A stretch of DNA of 64,000 bases. Source: Tubiluchus corallicola (taxonomy: Eukaryota; Animalia; Priapulida). This document shows, piece after piece, positions 25,031 to 37,640 of this stretch. Where the stretch lies: positions 372,961 to 436,960 of the forward strand of contig JAQGDQ010000102.1 in assembly GCA_030141605.1 (NCBI GenBank). Direction: 5' to 3'. The notes beneath the pieces were generated by a model. The model ran no database searches, was not told the origin of the DNA, and saw nothing but the letters and a program-made list of their open reading frames with translations. The position numbers and the translations under genes are program-made. Each line of letters starts with the position of its first letter. Within the stretch, counting starts at the first letter, position 1.

Positions 25031-26249
25031 GGCAGCGATAAAAAGAAGTACGACAGAAGTAAACTTTTAGTTGTATTTTAACTGTAATTTAGTTGTAATA
25101 TAATTGTTGCTGTTGTTGTGATTGTGATTGTTATTGTTGTTTGTGTTGTTGCTGTTGGTGGTGGTGGTGGTGGTGTCATTTTTGTTGTTCTGTCGTTGTT
25201 TCGTTGTTCCTTTGCTTTTTGCTGTACATAGTTGTTCCATGTAATGATATCTCAAGAACTACTTAAGTGCATGCACAACATAGTGTGCATTCTCCACCAA
25301 TGTCACCTCGTTCAAGTTAGTGTTAATGTTGTGTTGTGTTTAAAGCATTTCATAAATATGTCGTTAAATTACTCGTTTTCACGAGACTCATCTTGTGCAG
25401 ACACTGCATGCTTTTGCTTTGTTTCGTGTTACTACTATTATTAAATTGCTGTCACTGCAGTTAATGCTGTCACTATTGATAATTGTCGTTGCTATGTTGC
25501 TGTCCCTTGCTTTTGCAGTACCCCCTTTACCGAATAGCTGGCGCTCACAAAATTTTAGTGCAAGCTACAATACGTAAATCATTTTTTTGCAATTGATCAC
25601 TTCATAATGTTCGACGTGGGTTGAAATCTGAGCTTACTGGATTTCCTCTCTATTATAGCTGACCAGCCCTTTGATAATTTGGTGAATCTGTTGTGATAAT
25701 ACTGCTGTAAATATGTTTGAATTTTGTTGTTTACACTGTTGCTGACACAATATTGTTGCTGCTGTTACTACGTTTGACTTTTGTGGTTCTTTAATTGTTG
25801 TAATTCTGTTGACGCTGTTGCTAACACTGTCCTTGCTGTTGTCAGTGTCATTGTTATAACTCTTTATTTGTTAATCGTCATTAACAGTTTTGGTATAATT
25901 CCAATATATTTCAATGCGCTGCAAAATGTCTTTAATAGTTATATGGCATATTGTTACCAGTTGCAACAGTTCACTTCAGTGTACTAGTAGTGTACTGATA
26001 AAATTTATTTCTCTGAATCTGTATCATACCTGTAATTGCACTAGTGCTTCTAAAGAAAAATTGGTGTTTAGAACTGAGAAGACCATTTTTTGGTACTAGC
26101 AACGTCGTGAAAATTGACTGGAGCAGAAATCACGATTGAATAACACGTCACATTTATGCATTTTTTGCAAGATTTTGGTTACTGCCACTGCTGCTGTGCC
26201 AGTAAAACAGATAGGCTTTTTGAACAAAATTTAATTTTATAGTTTTACA

Positions 26250-26423
26250 ATGAACTTCCCAACTAGAAATATCACTTTATTTTTTTCAGTATTTTTACAT
26301 TTTCTAGTAGAGCTTGTTGTATGTTTTTCTGATAACGACTTGACAGTTGACATCCCAGCTGGAGCTAGGTCGTGTTTCTTTGAATTTGCTAAACCTGGGC
26401 AAGTTTTAGAAGTTGATTTTCAG
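26250..26423 (+). CDS. TMED5: p24-gamma / TMED1/5-like (GOLD domain) exon 1 with signal peptide
   Basis: MNFPTRNITLFFSVFLHFLVELVVCFSDNDLTVDIPAGARSCFFEFAKPGQVLEVDFQ|GTattg; signal peptide plus GOLD motif LTxxIPAGxxxCFF. Confidence 0.9.
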
Positions 26424-27642
26424 GTATTGTAACGTATTGCTCACTTACATATGACTGTATTTTTCATTTGTTCCAGCACAGTCGGTGGTTTCGACTGTGG
26501 CATTATTACCGAAAAAGCAAGAAGAAAAAACTGAAATTGTTTCAGGGTCGGTCGCTAGACCGATTATTAAATAACTGAAAAGTGTCATAGTACTTTTAGT
26601 ACATGCTGTGCAGCTCACTGGTCTGAGCACTGCCTTGTGCGAATACCAATACAGAAGTACAGCAGTTTCCTTTGTTTTTTGGTCAGGTTAGGCAAATGCA
26701 TAAAAGGTCCTGTATCACGTAAAATGTACTGTACCAGAATTCCTCCATTAAGATATTTCTTCCGTTACTATTTCTACTGGTACTGGTACCCCATACATTC
26801 ATGTTTGCTCGTCATAGCTGTGTACTGCCTCGTCATGTACTGCTGAACTGTGAACTGTTTTGGCAAATAATACTTTGCTGTAGACCACCTTACCATGTGT
26901 ACCAAATGGTGAGGTGGTGCGTAGCACTGTGGTACATGGTGAGGTAGTAGCAGTACAAGCCAAACGTGGTATGCGAGCTTTTCACAGAATATCCTCTTAC
27001 ACCAGCTAAAGTATGTAATTTCAATTCCCGCAGTCTCAAATTTTTTATTACGTGTTAAGGTAATAATAACTGTCGCAAGTAAACTTCCACTAGAGTGCTC
27101 CCCAGATTTTTTTGGGTAACTGTAACTCACACACTGTCGGTGCACATGTATTAAAAATAGCTTTCATGATGTTACACACTATAACCTATAACGTCGAGCT
27201 ATGTCTACTAAACGTGGAATCTTAACAACCTTCTATGAATCTTAGTGAGGCATGGTTTTGCAACTTGGCACTCACTTCACAGCGCCATCTGCAGCAGATT
27301 TTTACTTCACTTTTCCTCCGATAGGTAGCAGCAAGGACGCCAAACTTTCAAGCCCGAATTTTGGGCAACATGTTCTTAGTCGTTTTTCTGTCGTGTCAGG
27401 TTTCAAGTTGGTGAACTGCTTTATGGTCCAGCTGTCATGTCTGCCTGCATAAAATATTTTCTTACAAGTATTTTTTAAATTCATTTTGCTAATTATCTAT
27501 ACTGATGACTACGTTACGAAATGAGAGCGGTTAAGCTGCACCAAACGAGTGACCATAACCTTTGTTTTTTGTGATTTCCAGTTAATGATATCTTGCCTCT
27601 ACATTCCATTTGTTTGTTTCTGAGGTTATATTTATACATACC

Positions 27643-28026
27643 CAGGGCCAGACTATGACGTTTAGGGGCCCCTAGGCTAATGAAATTATGAGGACCCCCT
27701 CAAGTAGAACCACCTCTAAATTGCCCGCACGTGCCTTGAATATTTTTACTCATGATATACTTTAGACATTTACATAGCTTGCAGTAAAATCACTACAAAT
27801 TCTTTAAATAAATTAGAGTAGCTATCTTTTGTTTGTCAATAAAATGTTCTTTAAGAAATACCATTTTTGCTATTTATTGCAAGCCACATCAATCACATAT
27901 TTCATCACAACCTTGGTGAAAGAACAGATTTTTTTCCATTAGTGGAAAAACAGATTTTTTTACCAAACCAAGCCTGAGAGGCCCTAAGCTTCAGCCTATA
28001 CTAGCCTATAGAGCACTTTGGCTCTA
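27643..28026. mobile_element. hAT-type MITE (CAGGGCC end)
   Basis: CAGGGCCAGA...GGGGCCCCTAGGCT left end; GGCCCTAAGCTTCAGCCTATACTAGCCTATA...TGGCTCT right end. Confidence 0.55.
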
Positions 28027-28216
28027 TATATGTATAATCTTTATTTGCACATGAATTCAGGAATTACATGACACTTGAAAATTAAATACACACTACAAAA
28101 ATATTTGCAATGTAGAAAACTGGGGTTTGCTTGTTTGATTTTCGTTACTCAAGATTGTTATCTAGGCGTTGTTTGCTGATCTCCGTGTTTGTCTATGTTT
28201 GTTTATTATGTTTCAG

Positions 28217-28314
28217 GTTATTGATGGAGGAGATCTGGATATCAGTTTTATAGTACAGTCTCCCCAGGGCCGCCCTCTAGTGACTGACATTAAAAAGCAG
28301 GACAATAATCACAG
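28217..28314 (+). CDS. TMED5: TMED exon 2
   Basis: tttcAG|...AG|GTAAAC; VIDGGDLDISFIVQSPQGRPLVTDIKKQDNNHR. Confidence 0.92.
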
Positions 28315-28584
28315 GTAAACAAAAAACTGAATGAAAGGAAAACGGGATGAATTTTCACATCCTACCCCATTTTGAAGTATAGTAAAAAGTATACATTTTA
28401 ACACCTATAATAGTGACAAAACATTTCCCATAAATAATAGGTTAATGGCAGACGAACTTAACTACTGGCGACAATCACAATTGAAAAATAATTTTTGACA
28501 GCACAAACATTCCACGAGTGCATTGTACATGTATGTTTGTCAAAGCGAAAGTTGAAGTGCAGTGCTACAGTAAAACATTCAGTG

Positions 28585-28704
28585 TGATATACAAAAACTT
28601 GACAAATTCTAAGTTTCAAATTCATGATATACAAAAACTCGACAAATTCTAAGTTTCAAATTCATGATATACAAAAACTCGACAAATTCTAAGTTTCAAG
28701 TTCA
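28585..28704. repeat. 3 x 40-bp tandem repeat
   Basis: tgatatacaaaaactcgacaaattctaagtttcaaattca x3. Confidence 0.9.
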
Positions 28705-29326
28705 CCACTGTGCTCACGCGGGAGCTGCCGAACATGTGCACTACATCACAACTGGACACCTCTGAACTGAGAGGTACAGTAACCTGTTTTGAGTGCAACA
28801 TGTTTCTGAAATACAGCCGCTATTGCCCATCTAACTAGCGAAAGACAAAATGCCCGTAACAGCGAAGAACTAGCCACACGAGCGGGAAATTACCATTTGG
28901 TGGTTAATTATTCTTTCACATAAGTCATTCGTCAAAACATAGTATGTTCCCTTCAACGTTTTATAGGTTGCATTGTTTTGAGTTATAGCTTAGGATTTGG
29001 TCAGGTTTTCCTTTGACTTTTTGCTATTGTGCATCTGAGTCTTAGATGCTTTCCCTTTTATTAATCTTAAACAACTGTTAAAATAGTCAGTCTTTGATAA
29101 TGTACTGTCTGGAAGTAATGTAAGCCTCAGCGAGCTTTAAATGTCAGCTCAAATAGTTTCGAAGTAAAAATTTTTGTTTAACGTAATAGTCACATTATTT
29201 TGTAATACTTTAGTTATTGTGTTTCGGGGAAAATTTTACTTTAAATTAATGTGTAATAGTGATCGTTAATCAAAAAATTCTATTTTGTATAGCAAATGAG
29301 CTTTTTGTGCAATCACAAGTAGCCGT

Positions 29327-29735
29327 TAGAGGTGAGCATAAAACGTTTGAGTTTGAACATTCGAATTGAATTCAAATGTTCAAATTTGATTCAAACGAGT
29401 TTTTTTAGTTCGAATTCTATTCGAACGTAAAATTATAAATTCGAATAATTCAGCACTTCAACCACGTACATTCTTTATCATTACAAATTTAAAACATCAT
29501 GAAATTAGTACAATTTAGCTGCTATTTCTGGGCACCAATTATTAGTGGCTTTACTGAAGCACAAACTCAGTCAATATGGATGATCTTTGTTACACCGAAA
29601 CTTGTGATTCTTTACTTATTCTTCGAAAACTTGTTGGAAACCCTTTCAAACTCAATTTGAATTTGAAATACTTAAATTCGATGCCAAATTCGGTTTGATT
29701 TGAATACGCTTTCTGGTAGAGAATGCTCACCCCGA
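29327..29735. mobile_element. hAT-type MITE, TTCGAA-rich (same family as 59098-59468)
   Basis: TIRs TAGAGGTGAGCAT / ATGCTCACCCCGA; flanks gtagccgt/gtaaccat (6/8). Confidence 0.75.
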
Positions 29736-30276
29736 GTAACCATTGCTACTTCTGCTTATATTTTCTCACATGTTATTGGGCGCTATAATTTTAATGATTG
29801 GTTATTATTACATAAATTAGTCTAGTATAAATGCGAAAAACACTATTGCACCTAAAATCATTGTTGAGTATAATCTGTTTGTTCTAAAGATTATTTAGGG
29901 TCAGCCTATAGTGATCTTAAACCAATTTTAAAAAATTATGCCAACTTCAGTAGTAATGTGTTCAATGACCTCTTCAGCTGTGTTCCTATATTCCTATATA
30001 GCAATAAATGCAGTTTAAATTTAAATTTATCAATCAGCCAACATAGTACTCGATACCAAGTAAAATTTTCACTGGTATTAATATAATTACCATTTGTCCA
30101 TGTAACATTTGCTTAACACATTGGTTATGTGCTGCCTTTCCATTACCACCCCACTTTTCCTTCCCTTTTCATCTCTGACCCTTTTGTCTTTTTTCTTGTT
30201 TCCGAGGTGGCCTTGGTGAAATGTGGCAGAATTTTACAATGCCAAGGTCTCCTCAGCCTCAACTGTTATCAGTAAG

Positions 30277-30700
30277 CAGTGGCGGATTTAGGGGGTGGGT
30301 CAAAGAGGCCTGGGCCCACCCTTTCATAGTAGCAGTTACAGCACACCAAGTGAATATTTTCTCTGGATTATAAGCTTTGGAAGTGGTAGCTTTTGATGAC
30401 GTGGATTGAGTAAAAAGTTCTGCATTAATGATTTCAGTGTAAAAATGCCCTTTAAGTGATAATTGAAGTTTTTGGCAAAGATATCGCTGTGCGCAATTAT
30501 ATGCTATGCTATACTAGTATATTGATGTGTAATTAAGAGTCAAAAGTTTGAAGTGACATAATGAGTTTTAAACTTTTGAATTTGCTTGAGGAAATAGTAA
30601 GAAAAATGGTCTAAAATGCATTGGTAGCTGGGGGCTTCCTAGACCCCCCCCCAGCTGCTTTTTCGTTGGGCCCTTTTTCTAAAACCTGTATCCGCCTCCG
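30277..30700. mobile_element. hAT-type MITE (CAGTGGCGGAT end)
   Basis: CAGTGGCGGATTTAG ... TGTATCCGCCTCCG; GGGCCC subterminal motifs. Confidence 0.65.
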
Positions 30701-30855
30701 GTAAGCATTAGTAATTTGACCTATTCACGTGCATTTTTCACACAGACTCGTGTAAGTTTATATCCAGTGTATTAACAAATAAACAAACTTGAAATAAACT
30801 TGAAATTAAATAAAAGACTGTAAAGTGTTATGACACATAATTACTTGTTTTGCAG

Positions 30856-31051
30856 GATAGAAGTTAAAGAGGAAGGCGATCATAAACTGTGCTTCGACAA
30901 TACGTTTACTCGTTTCTCTGCGAAGCTAGTCTATTTTGAAATTGTGATTTATAATAATGATGGAACGGAAGGAGCGGATGATGACGATGAAGACTGGCTG
31001 AGCAATATCAGTCCTGATGAACTTGTAGATGTGAGCGTAGATAATTTAAAA
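30856..31051 (+). CDS. TMED5: TMED exon 3
   Basis: ttttgcAG|G...AAA|GTATGT; IEVKEEGDHKLCFDNTFTRFSAKLVYFEI (GOLD CFDN motif) plus acidic linker. Confidence 0.92.
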
Positions 31052-32916
31052 GTATGTATTTTTGTTTAGCTGGTGTCACTTGTTTCGAGCCTGCTATTAC
31101 GATCTGAGTTGCAGTGTTCAGAAATGCAACAAAACATTACTAATGTTTTTAAGCTACTTGTTAGATTTGATCAATAAAACTAAGGCCACTCTTGCAATGT
31201 TATAGTTTTCAAGTGGACAACCCACTACGTTTTGTTGCAAAATTCTTCCATTCAGCGCAGCTTCATCCGCAATTCATAAATACTGACTTCGCTACTTGGT
31301 GCTTTTTGCTGCGTTTTAATGGTAATTTTAAGCGAACAGTGGTATGATTAACTTAATTTTCTAGTTTCAAAACTCTCCAAGTTTTGCGGTTTTCATTCAA
31401 GGAAAAAGTATTTTTCCCGAGGATTTATTTATTTATTTCTTCCGATCTGAGAGAGGTTAATAGCAAGGACTTTTGGAGGTGGTTTATATTATATATTATA
31501 GTACACATAAGTTTATCTGTACAGCAAGACAGTGATGAGTGGAGATTATTTTTGCAGTGCAATAATACATACTTTCTGTTGCTTATATACAATGGGAACA
31601 TGTGTATAGAAAACTGATATTGTGTATGGGAGATATTCTTAAGGAATTAATCTCCAACAGCATGCCAGCCAAGTGTTTTAAGCAAAGTTTAAATTACAAA
31701 AACTACATAAAAGTTCCTGCAAAATGTCTTGCAGATGAAAAACAAAAAAAAAAACAAATATATTTTACAAAAATTTATTGCAGAATAACTGAAACATGTT
31801 ATATTATATTAGATTACTTAATGAAATTCTTACCTAAATGGTTACCAAGCGTGTGGTCATAAGACAGGCCAGTGCCAGGAGTTGCAGATTTTCCCTGATG
31901 CCTTAACCAGTCAAATGGATTAACCCTTTCATTACGTATTTGCTTTTTAACTGGACCACATTGGCTTCGCACATTTGTCAATAACTTCTTGTGATGTGTT
32001 ACTAAAACAGAATCTTGTAAATAAACAGGTGGTTGTTTGTTATTGAGTACTAATATTAAATATTAGTTTAGTTCTACACATGCACACATATACGAGCTCA
32101 CATACATGCACTCACGCATACACACACGTGCACACCCTCATAAATAAGCATGTACTTATTTGGAAACCATTTTGCACAAAAGACACAATACTAATCCATA
32201 ATATGCAATCATTTTATCAGAATGCAGAACAATCAGCTAAACATACATTTCATCAACGATCTACGAGTGATTTTGCGTGGGAACATACCATACAGTACAG
32301 TATTGTGGAATGCACCTGGCTTCAGATGCCGATTGGATGGTTAGCGTTACTTGTTGTGAAGCAACCCCAATCCCACTCATGTTAAACGTTTCTACAATGT
32401 TTTGCACTTCCGTAGCGGTGAAATAAACAGACCTGGGTGATTGTGCTTAGTGCTGAGCTCGAGCAATAGTCTACCGCCTTCCGTCCCCTGCATAAAAACA
32501 TGCAGAACACTTCCGCCTTCCGTAGTGAAAGGTTTACGTCTTGACGATCGTAAAATTTCAAACGATTAGTCATTCTTGAGCTAGCAACTGCTCTCAGCAA
32601 TTTCGTTAATATTTACGTAACTTGAAAAGGTCATTTGCAAGCTGAATTCCTCTGCCAACACACGACCCATTTAGCAGGTAAACAGACTCATTTTTCTATA
32701 GCTTTATGTATATACATGTATACACCTGCCGGGTGGGCAGATCCACTAGCTAGTGAGGCCCTAATTGTCTGAGCACGTGTAGGTTTGGCGCTTTTTTGCA
32801 ATAGCACGTTTATTATAATAATAGCATGTAAAAATTCTTATAATTTAGTATGTGTAGAACAGGTAACAGAACAATAGTCTTCAATAACAAATGTAAATAA
32901 TTATTACTGAATATAT

Positions 32917-33386
32917 AGAATGCTGTGGAGTCAGAGTCAGCAGTAAATTTACTGCTAAAGAAGTCGGAGTTGTTAAAACTTTGGGTTTTGGAGTCGGAGT
33001 CAGAACTCGGGAGCATAGAGGAGTCAGTGTTAGAGTCTGTACAAAATAAACAAGTTCAAACTACAGTTACTTTTAACTTTTGACACATGTATGCATAACG
33101 TCCCATTTTAGGACGGTTTCGTATTGATGTCTATGCAGCTAGACTGTTTTTCGAGCATAAGAAGTAGTGATGAAATGCTACTGTAGCTAAATATTGAGAA
33201 TACTATAAACTATTCCTTAAAGGCAAGAGTTGCAGTTGGTGTCGGGAGTCGGGGCTCCTAAAATTTTAGGAGTCAGAGTTTGATTTAAAATTTTAGGAGC
33301 CGGAGTCAGAGTCTGAGTTGGATTTTCTAAAATTCTAGGAGTCGGAGCCCTAGTCAGGAAGTTAATGTACTGACTTTACAGCCTTG
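32917..33386. mobile_element. hAT-type MITE with GGAGTC(G/A)GAGTC subterminal repeats
   Basis: GCTGTGGAGTC ... GACTTTACAGCC ends; many GGAGTC hexamers. Confidence 0.65.
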
Positions 33387-33447
33387 TGTATAAATGTTAC
33401 ATTTAATAATTACCCTTTGAAGCTCTCAGTTCCTGGCTCCTTATTTA

Positions 33448-33875
33448 CAAATAGGTTTATAGAGTTCACACACTCGTATGATGAGTTAAATGAACCAAAT
33501 ACCTACTTGTTCTGTTGTCTGCTTATGGCATGCGTTCTTAATTAACTTTAAAGTCCTAAGCCAGAAATTACAGTACACTCCATCATTGCAGGTGGCATTA
33601 AAGATTTAATGTCACACAGAATAAACCTTAGTCACTGTCACTATACTACTGAACTAGCCAGAACCACGATGAAAGAAGCAATTTTGTCAACTGCTCACAA
33701 TAACTTGGCTATCATTGCTTTGAAATTTTTAATGTAATGTGTACATGGGGGTCATTCAAAACTCGTGCATCGCGTAATTTGGCATAACGATGTAAGCTGA
33801 CAATGTAAACACGTACGTCAGTGGGACAGTCTCGGTAACGTAATCTAGTGCTAGCTGCTGTAAACTAAAACAACT
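33448..33875 (-). repeat. Diverged inverted copy of 37075-37508 (GOSR2 promoter/5' exon)
   Basis: Collinear reverse-complement blocks: aaataggtttatag, cttatggc, atcattgcaggtggcatt (18/18), actgaactag, gaagcaatttt, atctagtgctagc. Confidence 0.88.
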
Positions 33876-33967
33876 CCACAGACAAGAAGCCCGAGGAAAG
33901 AAATCAATTTATGATTATTGTAAGAAACTTTGAAGTTCGTTTCTCATCCATTTATTGTTTATTGCAG

Positions 33968-34135
33968 GATTCCATAGTGAAGGTAAAAGGAAACCTGGCT
34001 CGTTCCATACAGCTTCAAGGGTTGCTGCGTGTGTTTGAAGCCAAAGATCGTAACATCATGGAGAGTAACTGGAGTCGCGTCAACACTTGGTCAATCATCT
34101 TTATCTGTATTATGATCGGAACCGGACTTGTACAG
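33968..34135 (+). CDS. TMED5: TMED exon 4 (coiled coil and TM), ending at a GC donor
   Basis: attgcAG|GAT...GTA CAG|GCACGA; DSIVKVKGNLARSIQLQGLLRVFEAKDRNIMESNWSRVNTWSIIFICIMIGTGLVQ (EARDR...ESNF.RVN.WS p24 motif). Confidence 0.88.
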
Positions 34136-35440
34136 GCACGAATTGTTTTAATTTATCGAATTTCGTCAATCTTATTTGTTAGGTATGATGATGAAGCTGA
34201 TGATGATAATGATGATAAATCCTTTATTACGCCTCTATTTGCAGGCTCAATACATCAATAATTAAAAACGAAACCATGTACATATATTAGTGACACACAA
34301 AAATAAATACATACAATTACATAAAAATGAAAGCAACTGTACAAATTATATACAAATAAACAAATGCATATGTATAAACAAATACGTTAGAATGCACAAA
34401 ACATATACAAATGTAAATAAAGGTATATAGCGATTAGTTAACGTTTTTACAATGTAGTCATCTTTCACTAAGTCCAAAAATGCAGTAATTATACTTTTGG
34501 CTTGCTTTAAAAATACGACATCTGTTGTTTGATCCGCAAGCTCTAACATAAAATGCCTCCTCTTCCTTTGGTGACCAATGGGCAACAAAATAATAAATGA
34601 TCTGGTGTCTGAGGGGACCGTCCAATCCGATGCGGCACAGAAATTGATTGAAGTTTCCTTGCTTAGTGAGAAAACAAATTGCCGCAGTCTCCAACTCCAA
34701 TAGCCTGCCCGAGTTTCCTACAGGCAGATATAAAGTTGTACCAGCTACTAGGATATCGTTCCCCGTTTCAATGCGTTGCAGTTAAGAAATTTGTTAGCTA
34801 AAGCTTGGGAGTACGGAGAGGTGCTATTGTTATAACTAATTAATTCTGAAGCTGTGTATCTTGCAAGTTAGGTTTTCATGCATACCCGAGTTTTGTCTAA
34901 GGCCCAGAACAAACAAAAACTCGCGTAATTAACTGTAACCCGAGTTTGCTGCAGTATTCAATTTGCCCGAAAAAAAACAGCTAAAATATGCTGCAAGAAG
35001 TTAGGATTTTCCAAGCCTGCTTCATGATCTATTTTCTGTCCAAAGACATTAGAATGTTCATTAGTGATGTGATTGTTTTAGAATTAGACTTGTTACATGT
35101 TCTTACCTTATCTTTCCTACAGTACCAGACGGCTTGTTGGAGGCAGAATATGTTTTTATCCCATCTACGGGTTTTCCCAATACTTTTATCTTCCATGTAT
35201 GAATTTAAAGCAAAACAGACTGAAAATGCAGATATGTTTCTTATCGGCAATGAGGGACCAGCACAATGTGTCATAGCTGTAATTTCCTGCTGAGTTTATT
35301 GGCTAAAAATCCAAGTCATCCATCTTCTTCGGACCACTGAATTGTGCATTTGTTCAAACATTGTTTTCACAGTTATTGCCACTATCCCATTTTACAATTA
35401 TTCGAGCAAATTAGTTGATTTTTTTTCTTGTTTTTTTCAG

Positions 35441-35518
35441 GTTGTCATGATTCGTAGTCTTTTCGACGACAAAAGTCGAGTCGCGCAAGTTATGCGAAAA
35501 ATCAAAGGACAAGGCTGA
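35441..35518 (+). CDS. TMED5: TMED exon 5 (cytosolic tail, stop); full protein 237 aa
   Basis: Long U tract AG|GTT; VVMIRSLFDDKSRVAQVMRKIKGQG*, completing the p24-gamma Q-V-x-x-x-R/K-S-L-F motif. Confidence 0.88.
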   Translation, partial: VVMIRSLFDDKSRVAQVMRKIKGQG

Positions 35519-37074
35519 CGTATTGTACTCAATCAAAAGTGCCTTACTGAAATGTATTCAAACGGATTGGGAAGCTAACAGAGGCAGGCTTGGCGCGATT
35601 TGAAAAGCTCTTTATAAGAAAAAAGACTTAATATTAACAACCACTTTCACACTGTGTATATTTTACCACCGGTTATTAAGAATCATTATATTATTGTTAT
35701 GTTTATATGTTAGGTGTCAGTAGATCACAAAAAATAAGAAATCTAAAAAACTTTGCTAAATATTCAGTTTTTTCTTGAATATTTACAATAGCTGTTATAG
35801 TTTATACAAGCATTACATGTTGTGGGCCTATGTATATATTTTTCAAGTAAAAAATGAATAAATAGTGTAATTTGTTCTACGAGAATATTGTTGTTTGTGT
35901 GGCATTCATAAAGATTTTGTATAAGACTTGTAATATAAACAGGAGGTAGTTTGTTAATGAAATGGGATAGCAGTCTAGATCTGTGAGCCAGATGTGTGCT
36001 GGCCACTTTTTGTACGTTTGGTTTGAATATCTGTAAAACTCAGCAGCTTAATAATTTTCAATTCAATTTCAATTTATTTCAGACAAAAGCATCCATAAGG
36101 TTAGTTACACACAGTAAATGAAAGATGAATGAGTTAATAAAGAAAACTATTTGATAAATATTATGTACGTAGATGAAGCATAACACATAGTCTTGCACAT
36201 TTAAGTATGTTTAAGAGAGTTCTGTGACATACAATAATTATATATAATTAAAGTATGTTCCTCCGTCTGCTGTCAAGTTTATCATATGCATCAGATAGCT
36301 TGATTCATCTCAGTGAGGAAAATGAACATCTTCTTAGCAACACAAAAATAAAGGATAGCAAGATTTACTGTCATTTTCCTTGTGCTGCAACTATAAGGAA
36401 GAGAATTAAGCAAAGACCTAGTAAGAAAAGATCTTTTAACTTTAATGCTGCACAGTTTGATGGCTATATAACTTATTATTAATTCATCAATATCAGCAAT
36501 CGTTTTAACACAAAATGAAACTTGTGGTGCCATCTATGTGTGCGTCTGGAAATTAAAGTGTGATGAGGACACAAAATTTGTAATCAGGAAGGTTAGCGAA
36601 ATGCTGGTTTGCTCTTGCTAATCAAAACGTCACAGGGCATTAAAACTTTTCTACTAAAATTTATTTTTTAAAAGATTTGGACTTCTTCAGGTGCAAATGA
36701 CCTTTTATGAAATTAGTTTAGAAATTCTTTTGTAATTAAGCTTTATAAATTCTTTCTACTTCGTTTACTGTTTGATTTGCTTATAAATTATTTTTACTTG
36801 GATTTTTGACAAACTTCTAAACATAGTAACTACTTTCCATAAAAACATTGCAACAGCTACAATTCTTAATAATCGCAAACTTGTGAAAATATTAAAAGGA
36901 GTCAAACCAATATAGTTTTAAAAAGTTGTTTTGACTATATTTTTGTGCTATGCGGTTACAGCATATGAACAAACTACTCTGTAGCGTGGCTAAAATGGCT
37001 ATAGGCACTTGACGGAATTAGGTATGGCGTATATGGGCCATATTCTCAATGTTATTGCTCTATTATCAACATTA

Positions 37075-37453
37075 GCTTCTTTAGTTTGTATTTGCTAGCA
37101 CTAGATGGCACAAGTGAGGCTTTCCATGTTGCCACTTACGTGTATCACTATCAGTTGTGTATACGCATGATACATCATTATCCCAAATTATGAAATTACG
37201 TGTGTACAGTTTTTGTGCGATGTACAAGTTACGTTAAAATATTCAAATAAATGATAGTCAAATTATTCTGAGTAGTTGTTAAAATTGCTTCTTCATTTGT
37301 GGTTTTGACTAGTTCAGTGTAGCGTAATAGTTTAGCCGGTGTGTGTTTTTATTAAAAATTTTGAATGCCACCTGCAATGATAACGTGTAATTAATTTCCC
37401 GCTCATTGAGACGTTAATTAAGAGTGCACGCCATAAGGGAACGACGGAAGTAG
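37075..37453 (+). promoter_or_regulatory. Putative GOSR2 promoter and short non-coding first exon
   Basis: CTCF-like GCACTAGATGGCAC at about 37098; Ets core CGGAAGT at 37445-37451; donor AG|GTATGG at 37454 pairing with acceptor tttttAG at 37627, 13 nt before the ATG. Confidence 0.5.
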
Positions 37454-37640
37454 GTATGGTTTTCACTTAACTTGTCATACGAATGTGTGAACGCTATAAA
37501 CCTATTTTTAAACATCAGTTCTATTGTTTTGTTATGGTCTAATTGTCCCAATAAACTTCTACACCGGAACTGTAATTTTTGGTTTCTTGCAATTATTAAT
37601 CGATAAATTTAATGTTTTTGTTTTTAGGTGTGTAATAATC

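Noticed and set aside
27480-27530. CTGATGA...CGAAA hammerhead-like spacing
   Set aside because: Stem II and stem I do not pair; likely chance.
37524-37640. N-terminal extension of GOSR2 (252-aa ORF)
   Set aside because: Starts at TTG within an AT-rich intron ending tttttAG at 37627; homology begins at ATG 37641.
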